This document shows, piece by piece, positions 38,245-47,358 of a stretch of DNA of 54,784 bases. The notes under the pieces were generated by a model. The model was not told where the DNA came from, did no database searches, and saw nothing but the letters and a program-made list of their open reading frames with translations. Position 1 is the stretch's first letter, and each line of letters begins with the position of its first letter. The DNA is from Gemmatimonadota bacterium (GTDB lineage: Bacteria; Gemmatimonadota; Gemmatimonadetes; Gemmatimonadales; GWC2-71-9). The DNA lies in the NCBI GenBank assembly GCA_039588295.1, contig JBDHAB010000040.1, positions 1-54,784 on the forward strand, given 5' to 3'. Position numbers and translations under genes: made by a program.

Positions 38245-39539
38245 CCCTGGCTCGGCTGGTACGGTATCCGTTCAATGTTGGCGCCGAGTGCTCGCAGGCG
38301 TTCGTCGATTCGCTCGTACCCGCGGTCGATTTGGCGGATGTTGTGGATGATGCTCTCGCCGTCGGCGGCCAAGGCCGCGAGCAGCATACCCATCCCGGCC
38401 CGAATATCCGGGCTCTCAACGGTGCCACCACGTAGCTGCGACGGACCGGCGACCACCACCCGATGAGGATCGCAGAGCACTAGCCGAGCTCCCAAGGCGA
38501 CCAGCTTATCGACGAAGAACAGGCGCGACTCGAACATCTTCTCGAACACCAACACGAGTCCCTCACATTGTGTCGCGACCACGACGGCGATTGACGTGAG
38601 ATCGGCTGGGAAAGCGGGCCACGGACCGTCTTCGATCTTGGGGACGTGTCCCCCGAGATCCGGCATGATGCGTCGTTCCTGGCTCGCGTCGACGATCAGG
38701 CAGTCACCGTCAAACCTCGGGCGGACGCCGAGACGCTCGAAGGTGTACAAGATGCTGCGGAGATCCTCGGGCCGCGTGCCCTCGATGGTCAGCTCCCCGT
38801 TGGTCGCGGCCGCAAGACCGATGAAGCTGCCGATCTCGACATGGTCGGGGCCCACCGTCAGCTCGGTACCTCGCAGGGTCGCCCCTCCCTCAACCGACAG
38901 CAGGTTCGTGCCGATACCCTCGATGTGCGCTCCCATCGTGACGAGGGCGTGGGCGAGATCTTGCACGTGCGGTTCGGACGCCGCGTTCCGGAGCACGGTC
39001 CGACCCTCTGCCCGTACGGCGGCCATCAACGCGTTCTCAGTCGCCGTGACACTCGGCTCATCGAGAAAGATGTCGGCGCCCGTGAGAGATTTGGCTTCCA
39101 GATGGTATTCCGTGCCGATATCGACCTCCGCGCCAAGTCGCTCGAGGGCGAGGAAGTGCGTGTCGAGTCGCCGTCGGCCGATGACGTCGCCACCGGGCGG
39201 TGGCAGCGTCACCATGCCAAAGCGCGCGAGCAGCGGCCCCGCCAGGAGAATCGATGCCCGGATGCTGGCGCACAGCTCGGCATCGAGCGGCTTCGATTCC
39301 AGACCCGACGGATCGACTTTGACGCTGTGCTCGCCTGTCCAGCTCACCTCGCCGCCAAGATCCGCGACGAGCGCGAGCAGCGACTCGACGTCTCGGATTC
39401 GCGGCACGTTGTGTAGCTGGCTTGGCCCGTCGGCCAAGAGGGAGGCGGCAATCATGGGCAGCGCCGCATTCTTGTTGCCGGACGGGCGAACGGTCCCGTT
39501 CAGCGGGACCCCACCGGTGACGCGGAAGCATTCGGCCAT
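38241..39539 (-). CDS. murA: UDP-N-acetylglucosamine 1-carboxyvinyltransferase
   Basis: GNKNAALP, RASILLAGPL, SVTATEN, DIRAG and IDRGYE motifs. Confidence 0.95.
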   Translation of the reverse strand: MAECFRVTGGVPLNGTVRPSGNKNAALPMIAASLLADGPSQLHNVPRIRDVESLLALVADLGGEVSWTGEHSVKVDPSGLESKPLDAELCASIRASILLAGPLLARFGMVTLPPPGGDVIGRRRLDTHFLALERLGAEVDIGTEYHLEAKSLTGADIFLDEPSVTATENALMAAVRAEGRTVLRNAASEPHVQDLAHALVTMGAHIEGIGTNLLSVEGGATLRGTELTVGPDHVEIGSFIGLAAATNGELTIEGTRPEDLRSILYTFERLGVRPRFDGDCLIVDASQERRIMPDLGGHVPKIEDGPWPAFPADLTSIAVVVATQCEGLVLVFEKMFESRLFFVDKLVALGARLVLCDPHRVVVAGPSQLRGGTVESPDIRAGMGMLLAALAADGESIIHNIRQIDRGYERIDERLRALGANIERIPYQPSQG

Positions 39540-39549
39540 GGTGCGGCGT

Positions 39550-39618
39550 ACCATAGGGCCCGCCGTGTTGGCGCGCAAGCGGGCGTCGCTTGACAGTACG
39601 CCCGGGAGCGCGGATTAT
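39550..39618. promoter_or_regulatory. Divergent sigma70-like promoters (murA / P-II-like operon)
   Basis: Minus strand: TTGCGC-N17-TATGGT (39578-39550). Plus strand: TTGACA-N17-GATTAT (39590-39618). Confidence 0.6.
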
Positions 39619-39653
39619 CCTCCTCGCGCTCCAGCCGGACGGCCGTGCCCACT

Positions 39654-40004
39654 ATGGAAGTACTGGTCTGTGTCCTCAATCGAGAAGAGGATGTGAATCG
39701 GATCCTCGAGGGATTGCTCGATCTTGGCGCCACGGGGGCCACCGTGATCGAGAGCACGGGGCTGGCCCGGCTCATCGATCGTAAACTCCCCGTCCTGGCG
39801 GGGCTCCAATCGCTCCGCGACCGCGCCCGCCCACACAACGCCACGGTGTTCTCGGTCATCGAAGATCGGGCCACACTGGAGCGCGCCATGCAGATGGTGC
39901 AGGACGTGTGCGGCGATCTCGAAAGTCCCGGAACCGGGATCGTGTTTACCATTCCCGTGTCCAAAGCCGTCGGCTTAGCACGGCGCTCCGAATCGCGCGA
40001 GTGA
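39654..40004 (+). CDS. P-II-like protein
   Basis: GATGATVIESTG and C-terminal PGTGIVFTIPV typical of the P-II fold. Confidence 0.75.
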   Translation: MEVLVCVLNREEDVNRILEGLLDLGATGATVIESTGLARLIDRKLPVLAGLQSLRDRARPHNATVFSVIEDRATLERAMQMVQDVCGDLESPGTGIVFTIPVSKAVGLARRSESRE

Positions 40005-40154
40005 CGCTGGGCGTCCGCTGGCTGGGCGACGGTCGTGGGCGTTGAGGATCGGATTTCATTAGCTTGCGGGGTGGCGCGAATCCGATGGATCTGATTGTGT
40101 TGCTGATCCGCTGGAGGCAGCGCAGTCGGTGAACCGGCCGGAGGAGGTCCAACC

Positions 40155-40601
40155 ATGGGCTGGGCGGAAGTAGTCACAGCGATCTCGACGGCGATCATCG
40201 CCCTTGTGGTCCTGGCGGTAGGCGTCGGGCTGCTGCTCTCCTTGCAACAAGTCAAGGAGCTGCGCCGTGTGGTGGACCGTACCATGGATCTCTTGGAGCA
40301 TGACGCCCGACCGGCACTGCAGTCTGCCAAAACGATGGTCGACGATGCGTCCAAGGTCGTCGCAGCCGTTCGCTCGGAGGCGCTGGGGATCACCGATGCA
40401 TCGAAGGACGTGCGCGGCCGGGTGGAACGATTGATGGAGCGTACGGAGGAACGGCTTCAGGACCTCGAGTCGCTGATCGATGTGGTGCAGTTCGAGGTCG
40501 AGGAAACTGCGCTGGACGTCGCGGCCGCCCTGCGCACGACGCGCCGCGGCACCTCGGTTCTGCGCGCGATGAAGCGCGCCTTCCTCGGGCGGGGCCGCTA
40601 G
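40155..40601 (+). CDS. DUF948-like membrane-anchored coiled-coil protein
   Basis: N-terminal TM helix plus heptad repeats. Strong GGAGGAGG RBS. Confidence 0.75.
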   Translation: MGWAEVVTAISTAIIALVVLAVGVGLLLSLQQVKELRRVVDRTMDLLEHDARPALQSAKTMVDDASKVVAAVRSEALGITDASKDVRGRVERLMERTEERLQDLESLIDVVQFEVEETALDVAAALRTTRRGTSVLRAMKRAFLGRGR

Positions 40602-40604
40602 CGC

Positions 40605-41585
40605 GTGAGCTGGCGCCGGCTAGCCGTGACCACTGTGGTGGCGTTGGCAGCCATCGCGGTATGGCCCGCTGTCGCGCACGCGTGGACGCCTGGAACGCAC
40701 ATCTTCCTCGGCGAATCCGTGCTGGCCAACCTCGCCATGCTCCCGGCGAGCGTGGCCGGCCTGTTGCGGGCATATCCGTTCGATTTCCTCTACGGCAACA
40801 TCGCCGCCGACACGTCGATCGCGAAGAAGTACGCGCCGGTAGGGCGCCACTGTCATTCCTGGCACGTAGGGACGGAGATTCTCGATCGTGCCGAGACCGA
40901 AGCGTTGCGCGGGTTTTCCCTCGGCTACCTCTCGCATCTCGCCGCCGACACCGTGGCGCACAACTTCTTCGTGCCGCGTCAGCTCGTGGTGACTTCCTCG
41001 ACGATCGCCCTCGGCCACTCCTATTGGGAGAGTCGATTCGAGACCCATCTCGGGGACCAGTATGCGCGTGAGGCGATGGATTTGATCCGGAGGGATCACA
41101 CGAGCGCCGATACGCTGCTCGACCGCGTGCTTGCACCGACTATCTTCTCCGTTCGCACCAGCCGTCGGCTGTTTCGTGGGATGGTCGGTCTCATCGAAAC
41201 CCAAAGCTGGCAGCGGACATTCCAGTTTCTCGCCGAAACGAGTCGCTGGGACTTGACCGATGAGATGGTCGAGCGACACATGGGGGTGGCGTTCCAGCTC
41301 ATCATGGAGGTGCTGGGCGAACAGGAAACCCTCGCCCGTCGCCTCGATCCGTCGGGCGACGCGTCGCTCCACCTTGCGAAGCGGATTCGCATGGACGTGA
41401 TGCGGTCGCGGATTCCTGGCGATCCCTCTCGCCTCAGCACCCTCGCCGGACAGCATTTTGGGTTACCCGCCTATGACCTCTCGCTCTGGGAGGGCTCCGG
41501 GGCGCAACGTCCATGGCGGGACCGCGGCAATGGTACCGGTGTTGCCGCGCCAACACCTCCGGCCTCCGTCACCGCCGAAGCCTAG
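40605..41585 (+). CDS. Zinc-dependent phospholipase C family protein
   Basis: Signal peptide, then W-T-P-G-T-H. GYLSHLAADTVAH and HSYWE Zn ligands. Confidence 0.85.
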   Translation: MSWRRLAVTTVVALAAIAVWPAVAHAWTPGTHIFLGESVLANLAMLPASVAGLLRAYPFDFLYGNIAADTSIAKKYAPVGRHCHSWHVGTEILDRAETEALRGFSLGYLSHLAADTVAHNFFVPRQLVVTSSTIALGHSYWESRFETHLGDQYAREAMDLIRRDHTSADTLLDRVLAPTIFSVRTSRRLFRGMVGLIETQSWQRTFQFLAETSRWDLTDEMVERHMGVAFQLIMEVLGEQETLARRLDPSGDASLHLAKRIRMDVMRSRIPGDPSRLSTLAGQHFGLPAYDLSLWEGSGAQRPWRDRGNGTGVAAPTPPASVTAEA

Positions 41586-41637
41586 TCGAGAACGTCCCCT
41601 CGCATCGGCGCCGGAGGATTCCGCCGCGCGACGCGAC

Positions 41638-43848
41638 TCAGGCCCCCTCCACCGCTCGTTGCAGGCCGGCGTAGGCCACGAGCAGTTGTTTGCTGCCGAT
41701 TGCCGCATCGTCGAATTCCACGACGACCTTGAGATCCGATCCGCGACCGGACAGCGACCGGATGGCGCCCGACCCGAACCTGCGGTGTTGCACGCGCTCT
41801 CCCTTCACGTAGCGGGGAGCGTCTTGGGATTCTTCCTCGGGCTCGGACGGGACATCGACGAACCAGGACGACGGTTCTGAAGTCTTGCGATACCACTCGC
41901 CGCCGAACACGCCGCTCGTGCGCCGTTCCTCCACGACGCCCGGCGGTAACGCTTCGAGAAACCGGGATGGAGCGCCCGGCATCAATTGTCCCCCCCGTCG
42001 GCGGGTACGCGCCCACAACAGGTACAGGCGATCCTGTGCCCGCGTGACGGCGACGTAAGCGAGCCGGCGCTCCTCCTCGAGGCCGTCGGGGGTTTCCATC
42101 GAACGGCTGAGCGGGAACAACCCGTCCTCGAGACCCGTGACGATGACGATGGGCCATTCCAGGCCCTTAGCGGTGTGGACGGTCATCAAGGTGACCCCGT
42201 TGAGGTCGCCCTCGGTCATCTCGTCAGACGTGATGAGTGCGGCGCTCTGCAGAAATCGCTCTACGGGCGATCCGGGCTCATCGTCCTCCGGCTCTTCCGA
42301 CCAGTCCGCTGCGGCGGCGATCAACTCGCGGACGTTCTCCAGCCGTTCGATACCCTCGAAGCCCATGTCCTTCAGGTACTGCTCGTACCCCGTTTGCTCC
42401 ACGATCCGTTCGAGCACCGTAGCCGGGGATGCATCCGTCGCGTCGTGGCGCAGCGCCGTAAGCTGCTCGGCGAACTCGCGGAACCCCTCTCGTACCTGCG
42501 GTCGGAGGCCCGCGATCCGATCGGCGATTCCTGCGGTGTTGAGCAGCGGCTGCTGCCATTGGTCCGCCGCTTCCTGCAGCGTTCTGAGGCTCCCGGTACC
42601 GAGTCCGCGTCGCGGGACCTGCACTGCTCGCAGAAATGCCTCATCGTCCGCAGGGTTGGCGATGAGGCGGAGGTACGCGAGTACGTCCTTGACCTCCTTG
42701 CGGGCGTAGAAGCTGACGGCCCCAACCAGTCGGTACGGGATCGCGGTGCGTCGAAATGCTTCCTCGAGCGCTCGCGATTGCGCGTTGGTCCGGTAGAGCA
42801 CCGCCAACTCCGTGAACTCGCGGCCGTCTGCGGCGGCCCGCTCCCGACACTCCCGCGCGACCCATTCCGCCTCATCGCGTTCGTCGGCGGCGGCGACGAC
42901 TACGACCGGATCACCGCCGTCCCGTACCGTGTACAGCGTCTTTCCCAGTCGCCCACGATTCTCGGCGATAAGCGCGTTTGCGGCATCGAGAATCACCTGC
43001 GTTGATCGGTAGTTCTCCTCCAATCGAATGACGGCAGTGTCGGGGAAGTCGGTGTGCAGGTCCAGCATGTTGCGAAGGTCGGCGCCGCGCCAGCTGTAGA
43101 TCGATTGATCGTCGTCGCCGACCACGCACAGGTTCCGATGCTCCTGGGCGAGCTGCCGAACCAACAGGTATTGAGCGCGGTTCGTATCCTGGAACTCATC
43201 GACCAGCACGGCGTCGAACCGTCGTTGGTAGAACTCGAGACGGTCTGGGTGCTCGCGAAACAGCGTCAACGGATGGAGCAGGAGATCGTCGAAGTCCATC
43301 GCATTGGCTGCCACCAGTGCCCCGGTCAGCTCGTGGTAGATCTCCGCTGCGACACGCGTGAGCCGGTCGTCCGCCGAGGCGCCAAGTTCGGCGGCACTCA
43401 CCAAGTGATTCTTCGCGCCGGAGATGATCGATTGGACGTGACGCGGCGGAAACGTGCGTGGCGAGTGCTCTGCCTTTTCCAGCAGCCGTTTGACGAGCGC
43501 GAGGCGGTCGTCCTCGTCGTAGATCGTGTACTGTGGCGTGAATCCGAGTCGATGAGCCTCGCGACGCAACAGGCGGGCGCACAGCGAGTGGAAGGTGCCG
43601 ATCCACAGCCCGGTCGGGTCGCGGTCGAGCAGCGCGGCGACCCGGCCGCGCATTTCGTGCGCCGCCTTGTTGGTGAACGTGACGGCCAGAATCCGCTGAG
43701 GGGGGACGCCGTGGTGGCGAACCAGGTGTGCTATCCGTGCCGTGAGGACACGGGTCTTCCCGGAGCCAGCGCCTGCGAGCACGAGCAACGTGCCGCCGTC
43801 GTATTCCACCGCTTCTTGCTGTGCATCGTTGAGCCGCAGCTCACGCAT
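41638..43848 (-). CDS. uvrD: ATP-dependent DNA helicase UvrD/PcrA
   Basis: AGAGSGKT, DEFQD, GDDDQSIY, NYRS, HTAKGLE and EERRLAYVAVTRA motifs. Confidence 0.95.
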   Translation of the reverse strand: MRELRLNDAQQEAVEYDGGTLLVLAGAGSGKTRVLTARIAHLVRHHGVPPQRILAVTFTNKAAHEMRGRVAALLDRDPTGLWIGTFHSLCARLLRREAHRLGFTPQYTIYDEDDRLALVKRLLEKAEHSPRTFPPRHVQSIISGAKNHLVSAAELGASADDRLTRVAAEIYHELTGALVAANAMDFDDLLLHPLTLFREHPDRLEFYQRRFDAVLVDEFQDTNRAQYLLVRQLAQEHRNLCVVGDDDQSIYSWRGADLRNMLDLHTDFPDTAVIRLEENYRSTQVILDAANALIAENRGRLGKTLYTVRDGGDPVVVVAAADERDEAEWVARECRERAAADGREFTELAVLYRTNAQSRALEEAFRRTAIPYRLVGAVSFYARKEVKDVLAYLRLIANPADDEAFLRAVQVPRRGLGTGSLRTLQEAADQWQQPLLNTAGIADRIAGLRPQVREGFREFAEQLTALRHDATDASPATVLERIVEQTGYEQYLKDMGFEGIERLENVRELIAAAADWSEEPEDDEPGSPVERFLQSAALITSDEMTEGDLNGVTLMTVHTAKGLEWPIVIVTGLEDGLFPLSRSMETPDGLEEERRLAYVAVTRAQDRLYLLWARTRRRGGQLMPGAPSRFLEALPPGVVEERRTSGVFGGEWYRKTSEPSSWFVDVPSEPEEESQDAPRYVKGERVQHRRFGSGAIRSLSGRGSDLKVVVEFDDAAIGSKQLLVAYAGLQRAVEGA

Positions 43849-45025
43849 CGTCTGCCGCGGGTGGTTCGAGTGGTATCTCCGCCACGAGCGTCGCCCCTTG
43901 GCCGGACGGGACGACGTGGAGCCGTCCCCGATGGACGCCCTCGACAATCCGCCGCGCGAGGGCGAGCCCGATGCCCCACCCTCCCGCCTTCGTTGATACG
44001 CCGGGCTCGAATAGCTTGCGACGAACTTCGACGGGGATACCGGGGCCGTCGTCCGCCACGCGGATGCGGGCGCATTGACCGTGATCCGCGACCGCGAGCT
44101 CGATCGTTCCCCCGCGCCCACTCAGCGCGTCCACGGCGTTCCGCACCAACGCCTCGAGCGCCCATTCGATGAGCACCGCGTCGCCGATGACGTACGGCCC
44201 GGCGGCCGGCGCGTCGACCTTCAGCGACACGGCGTGCGCGTGTTGCGGCAGGCGGGGCCGGAAATAGGTGGCAACGCGCTCGGCCACCGCGCCGAGCGGT
44301 ACGCGATCGCGCCGCGCGGGCCGGCCAACCCGCTCGAACCGTTGCGCCACTCGATGCAGTCGCTCGAGGTCCGTCGACAAATGCCCGGCCGCCTCCTCGA
44401 CCGCCGTGGAACCGTCTGCCAGTCGATCCACCCAGGCCGCCGCGCTCATGAGCGGTGTGCCCAACTGATGCGCCGACTCTCGCGCCATCGCTACCCAGAG
44501 ACGGTCCCGGTCCCTGGTCACCGCGCTGCGGTATGCCCAGATTCCCACCGCCAGTGCTGCGATCAAGACGCCGGCCTGGAAGATTCCCAGACGCGTGAGC
44601 AACCGCGCGACCGGCAGTCCACCATAGTGCAACCGCCCCACGCCCGACAGCTCGATCGGCTCGTTGAGCCTGTCGAGTTCCCTGACGTACTCGGCAACGC
44701 GTGTATCCGTGACGTCGGCGTCGAACGGAAGGTTGTGCGCGGCCGCCGGGATCCCGGTGGGGTCGGTGACGATCAGTGGGATCCCCGTGCGCTTGATGTC
44801 CTCTACCAGCGAAAGCAGGGTGCCCGCGTACTCTCCGACGGACGTGTCGGCGAGCGCTGCCGTGACCCGGCCGTAGATCCGCGACGTTTCCCGAGCCTGC
44901 TGCCGAAGATGGCTGGCCACAACCCACCACTGCCAGGCGGAGACACCGGCGAATATGGCCACGAGCACGAGCACCAGGGCCGGGCCGAAGCGCCGAAGAC
45001 GGCCGACGAGCCTACGGACGTTCAC
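43841..45025 (-). CDS. Membrane sensor histidine kinase
   Basis: 2 TM helices. H-box AHQLGTPL, N-box RNAVDA, DDGPGI, GWGIGL. Confidence 0.92.
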   Translation of the reverse strand: MNVRRLVGRLRRFGPALVLVLVAIFAGVSAWQWWVVASHLRQQARETSRIYGRVTAALADTSVGEYAGTLLSLVEDIKRTGIPLIVTDPTGIPAAAHNLPFDADVTDTRVAEYVRELDRLNEPIELSGVGRLHYGGLPVARLLTRLGIFQAGVLIAALAVGIWAYRSAVTRDRDRLWVAMARESAHQLGTPLMSAAAWVDRLADGSTAVEEAAGHLSTDLERLHRVAQRFERVGRPARRDRVPLGAVAERVATYFRPRLPQHAHAVSLKVDAPAAGPYVIGDAVLIEWALEALVRNAVDALSGRGGTIELAVADHGQCARIRVADDGPGIPVEVRRKLFEPGVSTKAGGWGIGLALARRIVEGVHRGRLHVVPSGQGATLVAEIPLEPPAADDA

Positions 45026-46295
45026 GCGGAGTCAGGCGCTCCTTGCCAAAATATGGAACGAGGGCCGGAGGAATCCGGACGCTGCCGTCGTGTTCCTGGT
45101 TGTTCTCGAGCAACGCGATGATAGTCCGCGGCAGCGCGACACCGGAGGCGTTCAGCGTGTGCACGAACTCTGGCTTGAGATCGGGTCGGGGACGGTACCG
45201 AATACTCGCACGACGTGCCTGAAAATCGGTAAACGTGCTCGCACTGGACGCTTCCAGCCACGTCCCGACACCGGCCGCCCATACTTCGAGATCGTACGTC
45301 TTGGCACTCGCGAATCCGAGGTCGCCGGCCGCGAGCAACACGACCCGATGGGGCAGCTCGAGACGCTGCAGCACCACTTCGGCATGCGCGAGCATGCGTT
45401 GGTGTTCCGCCTCGGAGTCCTCCGGTCGCGAGAACCGCACCAGTTCGACCTTGTCGAACTGGTGGACGCGGATCAACCCGCGTGTGTCCTTCCCGTGGGC
45501 ACCGGCCTCCCGACGGAAGCACGGTGTGTAGGCGACATACGCCCGCGGAAGGTCGCTGGCCACGAGGATCTCGTCACGATGCAAATTGGTGACGGGGACT
45601 TCGGCGGTGGGGATGAGGTATAGGCCGTCCACCGTCACATACATGTCCTCCGCGAGTGTGGGAAGGTTGCCGGTTCCCTGTGCGGCCGCCTCGGTCACGA
45701 GGAGTGGCGGCGCGATCTCCACGTAGTCATGCTCTTGGGTGTGGAGGTCCAACATGAAGTTCACCAGCGCCCGCACCAGGCGCGCTCCGTCTCCGGTGAA
45801 CAAGGGAAATCCACTGCCCGACACCTTGACCCCCCGTGGCAGGTCGAGGATGTCGAGGTCCGCCCCGAGGTCCCAATGGGCCTTCGGTCGGAACCCGAGC
45901 GACGGCGTCTCACCCCACGTGCGAACGATCTGGTTCGCCGACTCACCACCGGCGGGCACGTCGTCCAGCGGCAGGTTTGGCAAGCGCAGGAGACGGTCGT
46001 CGCGCCGTGCCTCGAGGTCCCGCAGCTCCGCGTCCAGCTGCTTGATCGCGTCGCTGACGCGCTTGAGGTCGGCTATGAGCGCAGCGGCGTCGTCATGCTG
46101 CTGCTTGCGGCGTGCAACCTCTTCGGACGCGCGATTGCGTTCCGCCTTGAGCTTCTCCGCCTGTTGCAGCAGCTGACGAAGACGTGCATCCAGCTCCAGA
46201 AGGGCGTCGACCTCCGCATCGTAGCCGCCGCCACGACGGGAGAGCGCCGACCGGACCCGATCAGGCGTGTCGCGGATGACGCGGATGTCGATCAT
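45012..46295 (-). CDS. serS: Serine--tRNA ligase
   Basis: LIPTAEV, FRREAG, GLIRVHQFDKVE and HTLNAS motifs. Confidence 0.98.
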   Translation of the reverse strand: MIDIRVIRDTPDRVRSALSRRGGGYDAEVDALLELDARLRQLLQQAEKLKAERNRASEEVARRKQQHDDAAALIADLKRVSDAIKQLDAELRDLEARRDDRLLRLPNLPLDDVPAGGESANQIVRTWGETPSLGFRPKAHWDLGADLDILDLPRGVKVSGSGFPLFTGDGARLVRALVNFMLDLHTQEHDYVEIAPPLLVTEAAAQGTGNLPTLAEDMYVTVDGLYLIPTAEVPVTNLHRDEILVASDLPRAYVAYTPCFRREAGAHGKDTRGLIRVHQFDKVELVRFSRPEDSEAEHQRMLAHAEVVLQRLELPHRVVLLAAGDLGFASAKTYDLEVWAAGVGTWLEASSASTFTDFQARRASIRYRPRPDLKPEFVHTLNASGVALPRTIIALLENNQEHDGSVRIPPALVPYFGKERLTPRERP

Positions 46296-46298
46296 GCG

Positions 46299-46880
46299 TC
46301 ACGATGTCGGAAGCCCTGGCGTGAGGTCTCGGTACCCACAGTTGACGTTGACCATGAACTCGAACGTAATGGTTCGCGCGACGGTATCGATCGCGAGCAC
46401 GTGGAACTTGCCATAGCGAGGAACGGAACCCACGAACACGTTGCACAGCGAACCGGTCGCGCGGGAGCGAACGAGAAACGTCGAGTCTTCCGCGACTGTG
46501 GTGATGCTGTCGACCACATAGTCGTCCAGCGGCGCCCGGGTGATCTCCTCGAACGTCTCGGAGGAATGTTGGATGCCGGCGGTGGGTCTTCCGCCCAGCA
46601 GACTCGCCGGGTAGAGCACGGCGGCCCCCGCCGAATCGAGATCGACTGCAAGGTCAAACTGGTTGCCCAGCTCGAGCCGGGTCACCACGCCTGCTGCGAC
46701 GTCGAAGGCGGAGGGGGTACCCACCGGTGTGCCGTTGAGGGCAAACAGCGTTGCCGTGTCGACGACGTTGTCGATCGTCGCGGGCGGGAGACCCGTGGAA
46801 TCGCCGCAGGCAGCGGCGGTGACGAGGGCGGCTGCGGCGGCAGCGCCCAAGCAAAACGGAGACAATGATATACGGGGCAT
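46299..46880 (-). CDS. Hypothetical lipoprotein
   Basis: Lipobox-like TAAA-C-GD. Promoter directly upstream. Confidence 0.75.
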   Translation of the reverse strand: MPRISLSPFCLGAAAAAALVTAAACGDSTGLPPATIDNVVDTATLFALNGTPVGTPSAFDVAAGVVTRLELGNQFDLAVDLDSAGAAVLYPASLLGGRPTAGIQHSSETFEEITRAPLDDYVVDSITTVAEDSTFLVRSRATGSLCNVFVGSVPRYGKFHVLAIDTVARTITFEFMVNVNCGYRDLTPGLPTS

Positions 46881-46892
46881 CGGAACCGCCGA

Positions 46893-46964
46893 ACACTACC
46901 CCTCACCGGGGACACGGTCAAGCCACTTCGCGTGCTTGACTTCGCTCCGGGCCACGCCTAGCTT
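46893..46964. promoter_or_regulatory. Back-to-back sigma70-like promoters
   Basis: Minus strand: TTGACC-N17-TAGTGT (46921-46893). Plus strand: TTGACT-N17-TAGCTT (46936-46964), 7 nt before ATG 46972. Confidence 0.65.
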
Positions 46965-46971
46965 GGCCGCC

Positions 46972-47325
46972 ATGCCGACGATTCGTGACGTGGTTCAGAC
47001 GTTGGGGCAGCGGGATGGCGTCGAGGCCGTCATCCTGCTGAGTCGTGACGGTCTCACCATCGATGCACATGCGGCAAACGGGGTTGATACCGAGGGGCTG
47101 GCCGCGCTTGTCCCTTCGGTCGTCGCGGCCTGCGGGCGGTTGGGCATGGCGGCGCGTCGTGGCGACTTCGGCGCGAGTCTCGTCGAGTATGCCGATGGCA
47201 TGGTGTTGGTGGCAGAGCTCGGCGCCGACGCACTTCTGACCGTCTTCTTCCGCCGTGGCACGAACGTGGGCAGTCATCTCTTCGAGCTCCACAAGCACCG
47301 CGCAGCCATTGCCGAGTTGCTGTAA
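46972..47325 (+). CDS. Roadblock/LC7 (MglB-like) domain protein
   Basis: GVEAVILLSRDGL.I...LAAL pattern. 117 aa. Confidence 0.85.
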   Translation: MPTIRDVVQTLGQRDGVEAVILLSRDGLTIDAHAANGVDTEGLAALVPSVVAACGRLGMAARRGDFGASLVEYADGMVLVAELGADALLTVFFRRGTNVGSHLFELHKHRAAIAELL

Positions 47326-47358
47326 GCGCAGACACTCCCGCTTCGGATCGACCCGCCG

